DNA of 64,000 bases from Candidatus Levybacteria bacterium RIFCSPLOWO2_12_FULL_41_12. GTDB lineage: Bacteria; Patescibacteriota; Microgenomatia; Levybacterales; UBA12049. How positions within the stretch are numbered: position 1 is the first letter of the stretch; each line of letters starts with the position of its first letter. The notes under the pieces are model-generated. The model ran no database searches and had not been told where the DNA came from. It saw nothing but the letters and a program-made list of their open reading frames with translations. Made by a program: the position numbers and the translations under genes. Of this stretch, positions 9,858-17,580 are shown piece after piece. Where the stretch lies: NCBI GenBank assembly GCA_001784155.1, contig MFPL01000002.1, positions 108,520 to 172,519 on the forward strand, given 5' to 3'.

Positions 9858-10865
9858 ATGCAAATGTCCACTGACACATGGGTACTCGCTTTAATTTTTT
9901 TGATCGGATTTGCTTCACTTTTCTATTTACAAACTAAGAAAAATAAAAATCAGAGCGACGAAGCGCTCATGGAGTGGCTTAAATCTATGCAGGGGTCACT
10001 AGATGCAACAAGCAAGAATATGACAAACACAACTTCAAGCGTAGTAAAGACACTTCAGGAAAATTCTAAGCAACTCAATGACAGGCTAGATAAGGCCGCG
10101 ATTGCGATACGGGATGTGAATCGAGGCGTTGGCGAAATGAGTGAAATTGGACGCAATATGAGAGAGCTTCAGGAATTTCTAAAAAGTCCCAAGCTTAGGG
10201 GAAATGTTGGCGAAGAGGTTTTGAAGGATTTGATTTCTCAAATTTTTCCCAAAAACAGTTTTCATCTTCAGTATCAATTCAGATCTGGTGAAAAAGTGGA
10301 TGCCGCGATAAAAACAGACGCCGGAATTCTGCCAATTGACTCTAAATTCCCGATGGAAAATTTTCAGAAGATGATGAAAGCCGCAGATAAAACTGCGAAG
10401 GAATTATTCGCTAAGGAGTTTATTAGAGACGTAAGAAGGCATATCGATGCCATAGCGAAAAAGTACATTCTTCCCGAAGAAGGAACAATGGATTTTTGCC
10501 TGATGTATATTCCTTCGGAGACAATATTTTATGAGGTGGCAAATATTCCTGAGCTCATGGATTATGCAAGAAAACAAAGAGTATATATGGTTTCACCTAC
10601 CACTCTTTATGCTCATCTTCAGATGATTCTTCTGTCTTTTGAAGGAAAGAAGATAGAGACTAGGTCAAGAGAAGTTTTTGCTCTTCTTAGGGCTCTCAAG
10701 GTGGACTACGCTAAAGTTAACTATGGCCTAAGTACTTTAGGGAGACACATTACAAATGCCTCTTCTCAGTTTATTAACGTCACCTCATCATTTGACAAAA
10801 TCGGGAAAAAACTCAACACAACAAAAAGCCTAGAAAAAGAAGTCGTAAAAGAAATTGAGGCCTAA
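9858..10865 (+). CDS. rmuC: DNA recombination protein RmuC
   Basis: 335 aa. N-terminal TM helix plus coiled coil. The C-terminal RmuC nuclease-like region is (DFCLMYIPSETIFYEV...VYMVSPTTLYAHLQ). Confidence 0.8.
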   Translation: MQMSTDTWVLALIFLIGFASLFYLQTKKNKNQSDEALMEWLKSMQGSLDATSKNMTNTTSSVVKTLQENSKQLNDRLDKAAIAIRDVNRGVGEMSEIGRNMRELQEFLKSPKLRGNVGEEVLKDLISQIFPKNSFHLQYQFRSGEKVDAAIKTDAGILPIDSKFPMENFQKMMKAADKTAKELFAKEFIRDVRRHIDAIAKKYILPEEGTMDFCLMYIPSETIFYEVANIPELMDYARKQRVYMVSPTTLYAHLQMILLSFEGKKIETRSREVFALLRALKVDYAKVNYGLSTLGRHITNASSQFINVTSSFDKIGKKLNTTKSLEKEVVKEIEA

Positions 10866-11299
10866 GTTCTCCAAAACATTGCTCTCTCTCTTGAAAGAGA
10901 TACTGCGATTGAAGGCGGATTTCCATTGCGAAGATATTCAATAACACTTTTTCCATCTAAGCTAAACTGGCCTACTTTAAGCCACGAAGCTATCATCCAA
11001 CCTAACGATGCGCTCTCCGGAACAGTAGCGAAAGGGGTCATAACCTCTTCTAAACCTTGTAAAACCGCATAATCTCCAGCGTCTTCACTTTGAGTAAATT
11101 GGAATGAAGGAAAGACCAGTTGACCATCTCTAGCCACTAGTCCAAGGAGCTTCTTCCGTTGACTTCTTTCAAAGACTTCTTCATCTGATAATCCTAAAAG
11201 TCTTGCTACTCTTGATGATGACCAGAAAGGTCCAACAGCTCTATCCCATTCAGAATTCTCCAAAACATCTATTAAACCCTCCTCAACTCTCCTAGCCAT
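10862..11299 (-). CDS. Hypothetical protein, compositionally atypical (GC/Ala/Arg/Gly-rich), possibly HTH-containing
   Basis: 145 aa. Codon and amino-acid composition differ from neighbours. SRVARLLGLSDEEV looks like a helix-turn-helix. Confidence 0.35.
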   Translation of the reverse strand: MARRVEEGLIDVLENSEWDRAVGPFWSSSRVARLLGLSDEEVFERSQRKKLLGLVARDGQLVFPSFQFTQSEDAGDYAVLQGLEEVMTPFATVPESASLGWMIASWLKVGQFSLDGKSVIEYLRNGNPPSIAVSLSRERAMFWRT

Positions 11300-11346
11300 A
11301 ATTGTAGTTGGCAGTTTAGTCTCTTTTTAAAAACTTGTCAATAAAA

Positions 11347-12063
11347 TTAATACCCTGTAAAGTTTTCGATTTTGATTCTTTCTTCCGAAACTCCTATAGC
11401 CGTGACTATCCCCTCTATGTTTGATACCATGCCCGGCGGCCCAACGATATAAAAAACGCTTGAAGAAACATCTGAGTATTTTTTAATCATTTCCTCGTTT
11501 ATTCTTCCGCTTTCAAATCCAGGTACATCCTCTTTTGTCAGAGTATAGATGACCTTAATGTTTGGCAAAATTTTAGAGACTTCTAAAAGTTCTTTATGGT
11601 AAATTATTTCTTCTTTTGTTGAAAAGGATGCGAGCAAAATTATAATGTTTGTAAGCTTTTTTTCAAAAGCATAAGTCAGCATACTGTAATATGGCGTTAT
11701 TCCGATTCCTCCGGCCAAAAAGACTTTCGGCCTTAGGTCTTGCTCGTCTAAAACAAAAGTTCCCAAAGGTCCAAAGAAGTTTATCTGCTCTCCTTCTTTT
11801 AATTCAAACAGTTTTCTTTTAAAAGAAGTAATCCCCTTTTTTGTGGTTATCACCAAATAGTTGTTAAGCGGAGAGACGGCGACTGTAAATGGTCTTGAAG
11901 TTCCTCTTTCGTCAGGGTTTTCCATCTCGATTCTCCATCTGTTATATTGACCTGGAGCAAACTCAAATCCGACTGGTTTTTCAAAATTGTGCGAATATAC
12001 GTCTTCTGTCAATTGTTCCCTGCGAATAAATTTAGCTGTGTAGGGCTTTGGAGAAATTGTCAT
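11347..12063 (-). CDS. FAD/NAD(P)-binding oxidoreductase (ferredoxin-NADP reductase-like, no Fe-S domain)
   Basis: 238 aa. FAD-binding FNR-like motifs (RPFTVAVSP, GPLGTF) and an NAD-binding GGIGITP motif. Confidence 0.65.
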   Translation of the reverse strand: MTISPKPYTAKFIRREQLTEDVYSHNFEKPVGFEFAPGQYNRWRIEMENPDERGTSRPFTVAVSPLNNYLVITTKKGITSFKRKLFELKEGEQINFFGPLGTFVLDEQDLRPKVFLAGGIGITPYYSMLTYAFEKKLTNIIILLASFSTKEEIIYHKELLEVSKILPNIKVIYTLTKEDVPGFESGRINEEMIKKYSDVSSSVFYIVGPPGMVSNIEGIVTAIGVSEERIKIENFTGY

Positions 12064-12093
12064 ATTGTTGTTGTTTAGATATGATTATAGCAA

Positions 12094-12867
12094 ATGAGAA
12101 ATCTTCTGAATCAGTCCAAAGTTCAACTGTCTATCTTTCTCTTCTTAATATATCTTCTAAATCTTTTTGCAAACTTCTCTCTCCAAGCATTACTTAGTGT
12201 TCCCGCAACTATTCTGGCAACAGTTATTGCTGATTTTATTTTTATTAAAATCAGAAAAGCAAAGCTCTTCTTTCCATCCGCTGCCATAGCAACAGGCCTT
12301 ATCGTGGGGCTTTTGACCGATCCCTCTCTCCCCATTTATTTTCCAGTCTTAGCAAGCATCCTTGCTATGTTTACCAAAAATTTCATAAAGATAGGAAGAC
12401 ACATTTTTAACCCCGCGTCCTTTGGGCTAATTCTGGCAAGTCTTGTCTTCGGAGCTACTGTGTCTTGGTCCGGCGTGTCCTGGCAAATACTCGATATTTC
12501 AAGTCTGCAAACATTACTCCCTTTCATAATTCTTTTGTCTCCCGGCTTTGTTTCTCTTTACAAAATGAGAAGGTGGAGAATAATTCTTCCTTTTTTAGCG
12601 GTGTATTTCTTGGGGCTTTCTTTTTTTCTCAAGTCAACTTCGCTTTACTTTATTGATCCTACAGTAATCTTTTTCTCTCTCGTTATGCTCCCTGAGCCCA
12701 TGACTACACCAAATCATCCAAAGAGACAGATTTTGTTTGGCGTAAGCGTAGCAGCATTAACAATCTTACTTTCTGTTTTTATCTTTCCCTCTCTAAATCT
12801 TCAAGCATTTGATCCTTTAATATTCTCTCTTCTTTTGGGAAATCTTCTCTTTTTTAGATTTAGGTGA
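12094..12867 (+). CDS. Polytopic membrane protein, NqrB/RnfD-like (FNPA and GAT motifs)
   Basis: 257 aa with 7-8 predicted TM helices. GRHIFNPASFGLILASLVFGATVSW recalls the RnfD/NqrB FNPA region and the (S/F)GAT flavin-attachment motif. Divergent from the FNR-like gene. Confidence 0.4.
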   Translation: MRNLLNQSKVQLSIFLFLIYLLNLFANFSLQALLSVPATILATVIADFIFIKIRKAKLFFPSAAIATGLIVGLLTDPSLPIYFPVLASILAMFTKNFIKIGRHIFNPASFGLILASLVFGATVSWSGVSWQILDISSLQTLLPFIILLSPGFVSLYKMRRWRIILPFLAVYFLGLSFFLKSTSLYFIDPTVIFFSLVMLPEPMTTPNHPKRQILFGVSVAALTILLSVFIFPSLNLQAFDPLIFSLLLGNLLFFRFR

Positions 12868-12906
12868 AGGTTGCAATAAAAATCTCTCTGTGTTAGGATT
12901 TTACAT

Positions 12907-13356
12907 ATGAATTCCAAGGTAATAGTAGCACTGGTAGCTGTATTAATTCTCGTAGTGGTGGGGGGAGGATTTCTTCTGATCAGTAGGTCAAAAGCTCCGA
13001 CAGCAGTGCCGGTTGTACCAAGCACAACATCCGAGAGCACTCCAACACCAGAAACAACCCAGGAAGAATCACAAAGCCCAACTGCTAACGAGACCGAGGT
13101 AACGCTTTCCGAAACCGGATTCTCACCCAAAACTATAACCATAAAGGCTGGAGATAAGGTGATATGGATCAACAATTCAGGCAAAATGGCAACAGTAAAT
13201 TCAAACCCCCATCCCATACATACGTCTTATAAAGAATTGAACCTGGGAAACTTCGACGATGGAGAAAAGCTGGAGTTAGTTTTTCCAAATGCAGGTACCT
13301 ATAACTACCACAATCACCTAAACGCTTCTCAGGGTGGAACTGTAATAGTAGAATAA
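12907..13356 (+). CDS. Membrane-anchored cupredoxin-fold domain protein (Cys ligand absent)
   Basis: 149 aa. TM helix, Thr/Ser/Pro-rich linker, then GFSPKTITIKAGDKVIWINNSGKMATV...NAGTYNYHNHLN...GTVIV. This is a plastocyanin-like topology with the type-1 Cu Cys replaced by Asn. Confidence 0.45.
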   Translation: MNSKVIVALVAVLILVVVGGGFLLISRSKAPTAVPVVPSTTSESTPTPETTQEESQSPTANETEVTLSETGFSPKTITIKAGDKVIWINNSGKMATVNSNPHPIHTSYKELNLGNFDDGEKLELVFPNAGTYNYHNHLNASQGGTVIVE

Positions 13357-13361
13357 TTCTT

Positions 13362-13540
13362 ATGTGTTATAACTGCGGGTGTGGACTACCAAACGATGAT
13401 ATGGGCAGAGGCAAAGTAACCGAGGGTGGCTCTTCTTTAACTGAAGACGATATCAAGAAAATGGCCGACGACTGGGGAATGAGCTTGGATGAGGCAAAGA
13501 AAAATATTTTAGATCTTCTCCAAACGCAACTCAAAAAATA
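13362..13540 (+). CDS. Possible small acidic Cys-rich protein (59 aa), below the ORF-track threshold
   Basis: MCYNCGCGLPNDDMGRGKVTEGGSSLTEDDIKKMADDWGMSLDEAKKNILDLLQTQLKK. It fills the gap between two co-oriented genes but has no obvious SD. Confidence 0.2.
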
Positions 13541-13548
13541 AGGGCAGG

Positions 13549-16449
13549 ATGGACTCTAAGAATCTAAATACACAGCAGCTTAAGGCTATAAACCACGGAA
13601 AAGGACCTCTTCTTATCATTGCCGGTGCGGGAACAGGCAAAACAACTGTAGTAACAGAGCGAATAAGCCGTCTCATCGTAGAGAAAAATCTATCCCTGTC
13701 AAGCGTTCTGGCTTTGACTTTTACCGATAAAGCCGCTTACGAAATGCAGGAAAGAATAGATATACTTCTCCCCTACGGATATACAAATCTTTGGATTCAT
13801 ACATTTCATTCTTTTTGCGACCGTATACTTAGAGACGATGCACATATAATAGGTATTGATCCAGGATATAAATTGATTTCAGAACCTGAGTCAGTACTAC
13901 TTCTTCGTCGGAGCATCTTCGATCTTGGCCTTAAATACTTTATGCCTCTTGGCAATCCTACTAAATTCTTAGATGCGCTTCTAAAACATTTTTCAAGGCT
14001 TAAGGACGAAGACGTTACGCCTGATGAATATATGGTCTGGGCTAAAAACCTGCCTGCCGGCAGGCAGGACAAAAACAATAAGGATGAGGACCGGAGGGTT
14101 GAGACGGAACAATATCAAGAATTGGCAAATGCCTATAAAAAATATGAGGATCTTAAGGTAAAAGAATCAGCTATGGACTTCTCCGATCTCATATCTAACA
14201 CCCTACTAATGCTGCGAAAAAGGCCACAAATACTTAAGAAATATCAAACGCAATTTAAGTTTATTTTAGTGGATGAGTTTCAAGACACGAACTATGCACA
14301 AAATGAGTTGGCAATACTATTAGCAGGGGATGACAAAAATATAACTGTTGTCGCTGATGACGATCAATCTATTTATAGATTCCGTGGGGCAGCTGTATCA
14401 AACGTTCTGCAGTTTAAGAAGAATTTTCCAAAAGCTGAGGTCGTGACTTTAACCCAAAACTACAGATCAACGCAGGAAATACTTGATGCATCATACAGAC
14501 TAATACAAAACAATAATCCAAATAGGCTTGAGATAGTTGAGAAAATAGACAAGAAGCTTAAAAGCCAAGTAAAGAAGCACGGCGAAGCGATTGGATTTAT
14601 CCATGAAAGACGCTCGGAGGACGAAGCCGATAAGATAGCAAGAACTATTGAAGATTTAGCAAAATTATACGAATACAAAGATATTGCTATTTTGGTGAGG
14701 GCGAATAATCACGCATCACCAGTCTCTACAGCGCTTCAAAGAAGAAGAATTCCCTATCGGTTTCTAGGACCAGGACACTTATTTCAGCAGGAAGAAATCA
14801 AGGACTTAATTTCTTACCTAATGTTTCTAACCAACCTTTCAGACACGGTCTCGCTTTTTAGAGTACTGTCAATGGATATATTTGATATTTCTCAGATTGA
14901 ACTTAATTATCTTTTAAATTTTGCAAAGAAAAATAATTTTACTTTGTTTGAAGCGCTCTCAGATGATAGACTGGCTTTCCTGAAGGAGGATACCCGCAAT
15001 AAACTAGAAAGCTTTAGGAATATGGCAGAAAGACATCTTAATAAGAGCAGAAAGGAGCAGGCTGGACAAATTCTTTATTACTTTTTGGTTGACTCTGGCC
15101 TTTTTTCTACTCTTCAAAAAACAGACTCGATAAAAGAAGAGAGGCGCGTACAAAATATTGCGAAGTTCTTTGATAGAATAAAAAGCTTTGAAGCTGAAAG
15201 GGTAGATAGTAATATTTTTATCTTAGCTGAATGGCTTGCCCTTATGCTTCAGATGGGAGATAGTCCGACTGCTGCTGACACAGATGCATCCGAAAGTAAT
15301 GCAGTAAATATCTTAACAGTCCATTCTTCTAAAGGGCTCGAATACAAAGTTGTTTTTTTAGTTAATTTAGTATCTGATCGTTTCCCATCTAGGGAAAGAT
15401 CCGAAAAAATACCCTTACCGCCCTCAATCATAAAAGAGAAAATCCCTAAAGATACCGATTTTCACATTGAAGAAGAAAGAAGGCTTTTTTATGTAGGGAT
15501 GACCAGAGCCCGTGAAAGGCTTTTTTTCACCGCAGCAGATTATTATGGTGGCGGAAAGAGAGCAAAAAAACTCTCTCAATTCATTTTTGAAGCCTTACCG
15601 GATGCTGAAAAACTCGAGAATCTGAGGTCCAAAGCAGAACAATTAACTCTCAGTGAGACAGTCTCCGCATACAATATGCCCGAGGACAAAGACGAAGCCA
15701 AAGAACCTTTCAAAGTTAGCTACGTTACGTTCTCGAATCTTCAAATGTTTGATATCTGTCCTCTTCATTACAAAGCAAAAGTCATTTTTAATATTCCTAC
15801 ACCTACAGCATCTGTCCAAAGCTTCGGAATATCTCTTCACAGTACGCTTTATAAATTTTATAAGGAAATAGTCCAAGGAGACGACCCAAAACTCAGCAGA
15901 CTACAGGAGCTTTATAAAGAAGAGTGGATAAGTGAGGGGTATGACAGTAGGAAGCATGAAGAAGAACGCTTTTTACAGGGCAAAAATATGCTTAATGAGT
16001 TTTATAAAGATGCTAAAGATTTTAAATCGAAGCCTTTGGGGCTTGAACTACCATTTTCATTCATATTAAAAAACGGAGTTAAGGTGTTCGGAAAGATGGA
16101 TAGAATTGATAAATTAGGTGATGGAATAGAAATAATTGATTATAAAACAGGGGGAGATAACCCGAAGGCTAAAACTTCACACGAGCTACAACTTGCCATG
16201 TATGCTTTGGCTGCAACAAAGGTTAAAGACGATATTCTTAATCGCGATCCTAAAGACATCAAGTTAACACTTCACTTCCTGGATGGGAATATAAAAAAGT
16301 CTATGAATTTCACTAAAGAAGATTTAAAAAAGCTCGAAGACGCTTTAATAGAAAAGGTTGCGGAAATTGAACAAAGCGATTTCAAATGCAGCGGGAATAC
16401 TCTTTGTCAGAAGTGTGAATATAAGATGCTTTGCTCGACTTATTCTTAA
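13549..16449 (+). CDS. UvrD/PcrA-family helicase fused to C-terminal PD-(D/E)XK nuclease with Cas4/AddB-like 4-Cys cluster
   Basis: 966 aa. N-terminal GAGTGKTTVVTERI (Walker A), DEFQDTN, VVADDDQSIYRFRGA and TVHSSKGLEYKVVF helicase motifs. C-terminal FDICPLHYK...MDRIDKLGDGIEIIDYKTG...QLAMYALA...CSGNTLCQKCEYKMLC has the RecB nuclease motifs plus C-x5-C-x2-C-x5-C. Confidence 0.8.
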   Translation: MDSKNLNTQQLKAINHGKGPLLIIAGAGTGKTTVVTERISRLIVEKNLSLSSVLALTFTDKAAYEMQERIDILLPYGYTNLWIHTFHSFCDRILRDDAHIIGIDPGYKLISEPESVLLLRRSIFDLGLKYFMPLGNPTKFLDALLKHFSRLKDEDVTPDEYMVWAKNLPAGRQDKNNKDEDRRVETEQYQELANAYKKYEDLKVKESAMDFSDLISNTLLMLRKRPQILKKYQTQFKFILVDEFQDTNYAQNELAILLAGDDKNITVVADDDQSIYRFRGAAVSNVLQFKKNFPKAEVVTLTQNYRSTQEILDASYRLIQNNNPNRLEIVEKIDKKLKSQVKKHGEAIGFIHERRSEDEADKIARTIEDLAKLYEYKDIAILVRANNHASPVSTALQRRRIPYRFLGPGHLFQQEEIKDLISYLMFLTNLSDTVSLFRVLSMDIFDISQIELNYLLNFAKKNNFTLFEALSDDRLAFLKEDTRNKLESFRNMAERHLNKSRKEQAGQILYYFLVDSGLFSTLQKTDSIKEERRVQNIAKFFDRIKSFEAERVDSNIFILAEWLALMLQMGDSPTAADTDASESNAVNILTVHSSKGLEYKVVFLVNLVSDRFPSRERSEKIPLPPSIIKEKIPKDTDFHIEEERRLFYVGMTRARERLFFTAADYYGGGKRAKKLSQFIFEALPDAEKLENLRSKAEQLTLSETVSAYNMPEDKDEAKEPFKVSYVTFSNLQMFDICPLHYKAKVIFNIPTPTASVQSFGISLHSTLYKFYKEIVQGDDPKLSRLQELYKEEWISEGYDSRKHEEERFLQGKNMLNEFYKDAKDFKSKPLGLELPFSFILKNGVKVFGKMDRIDKLGDGIEIIDYKTGGDNPKAKTSHELQLAMYALAATKVKDDILNRDPKDIKLTLHFLDGNIKKSMNFTKEDLKKLEDALIEKVAEIEQSDFKCSGNTLCQKCEYKMLCSTYS

Positions 16450-16468
16450 AGTCTATGGTAAAATACTC

Positions 16469-16826
16469 AGGCTGGGAAGATAGATCGCTAGTCCGATGTT
16501 TCATCGGACAGGAAAGTCCAGACAGGTATAAAGACAGGGATGGAGTGTAAGCTCCGACTAGCAATAGCTGGTGATTAGATTCTTAATACTACTAAACGGA
16601 ATCTAAAACAGGTTTTGAATTGACAAAACTTGAGAGCAACAGAGACGAGTAGTTCTGAAACGGGCAATCCTACCTGCTGTAACCTCCGAATGATGCGTTA
16701 CTACCTTCTTTATGGGAGCATCAAAGTTTGAGGGCATCACCTAAAAGGTGGGAGATGTAACAAATATTACAACTCAGATAGATTGCGATCTAAAACAGAA
16801 TCTGGCTTATTATCTTCCCAGACACA
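16469..16826 (+). ncRNA. rnpB: RNase P RNA (bacterial type A-like)
   Basis: P1 pairing GCUGGGAAGAUA (16471-82) with UAUCUUCCCAGAC (16811-23). P3 hairpin UCCGAUG-UUU-CAUCGGA. CR-I CAGGAAAGUCCAGAC (consensus AGGAAAGUCCGGGC) followed by AUAAAGACAGGGAU (compare AUAGGGCAGGGUG). CR-V ACAGAAUCUGGCUUAU (consensus ACAGAACCCGGCUUA). The CCAGA/UCUGG change is compensatory for the P4 helix. AGAUAGAUUGC...ACAGAA resembles E. coli AGAUGAAUGAC...ACAGAA. Confidence 0.7.
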
Positions 16827-16868
16827 AGGCTGTGTCTGGTTTTGACCAGCACGCAGTTTTGTGTCTGT

Positions 16869-16952
16869 GGCAGGTGCAGTATTGTACCTGCCCAATATCT
16901 CGCTCGGCAGGTGAGGAATGTACCGATGGCAGGTGCAGTATTGTACCTGCCC
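16869..16952 (+). repeat. Two identical 25-nt hairpin elements (GGCAGGUGCAGUAUUGUACCUGCCC) 59 nt apart; the second is followed by a U-tract and sits 8 nt upstream of the GIY-YIG start
   Basis: Exact direct repeat at 16869-16893 and 16928-16952. Each is a 7-8 bp stem with an 8-nt loop. The second is followed by GUUUUGUAUG. Confidence 0.5.
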
Positions 16953-16959
16953 GTTTTGT

Positions 16960-17226
16960 ATGAAGTTTTACTATGTTTATGCCCTCTACAATAAATCTAA
17001 AAACTTTATTTATATTGGGTATTCAGAAAATTTAAAACCTCGAGTAACTTCACATAATCTCGGTAAAAATAGGTCAACAAAACCCTATATTCCCTTAGAG
17101 GTTATTCATTATGAAGCTTATCGTAGTAAGAAAGATGCTAAACGCAGAGAAGCCTATTTGAAATCTAATAAAGGGAAAACAACTCTTATGACAATGCTAA
17201 AGGAATATTTTGCAGAAACTTTTTGA
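16960..17226 (+). CDS. GIY-YIG nuclease family protein (YhbQ/COG2827-like)
   Basis: MKFYYVYALYNKSKNFIYIGYSENLKPRVTSHNLGKN...YIPLEVIHYEAY matches small GIY-YIG proteins (YVYIL....LYIGYT.DL.RRL.EHN.G). Start moved to the ATG at 16960 because the longer ORF reads through the hairpin repeat. Confidence 0.7.
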   Translation: MKFYYVYALYNKSKNFIYIGYSENLKPRVTSHNLGKNRSTKPYIPLEVIHYEAYRSKKDAKRREAYLKSNKGKTTLMTMLKEYFAETF

Positions 17227-17239
17227 TTCCAAATAATTT

Positions 17240-17512
17240 CTATCTTATAGCCCTTTTTAGAGTTTTTCCTGGTGTGAATCCCGGGGCCTTTCTAGCTGCT
17301 ATCGTAATCTTCTCACCGGTCTTTGGATTTCTTCCTGGTCTTTCCTCTCTGTTTCTAACGCTAAAGGTACCAAAACCCGTTATTACTACTTTTTCCCCTT
17401 TTTTCAAAGAGTCTCTTATACCATTGAGAGTAGCGGAAACTGCGTCTCTTGAGGCTTTGTTCGTAAGATTGGCTTTTTTCGCTACGAGTTCTATTAAATC
17501 TTTTTTAGTCAA
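17240..17512 (-). CDS. hup: DNA-binding protein HU
   Basis: 90 aa. MTKKDLIELVA...GFGTFSVRNREERPGRNPKTGEKITIAARKAPGFTPGKTLK is the canonical HU/IHF signature. Confidence 0.9.
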   Translation of the reverse strand: MTKKDLIELVAKKANLTNKASRDAVSATLNGIRDSLKKGEKVVITGFGTFSVRNREERPGRNPKTGEKITIAARKAPGFTPGKTLKRAIR

Positions 17513-17580
17513 GTAAAATCACCTCCTTTATAGATTAGGTTTACAATACAATGCAAACGAAAAGTTGTCAAGAGGGGACT

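Noticed and set aside
16918-16959. N-terminal extension of the GIY-YIG ORF (MYRWQVQYCTCPFC...)
   Set aside because: It is a translation of the second copy of the 25-nt hairpin repeat. The conserved GIY-YIG domain starts at the downstream ATG.
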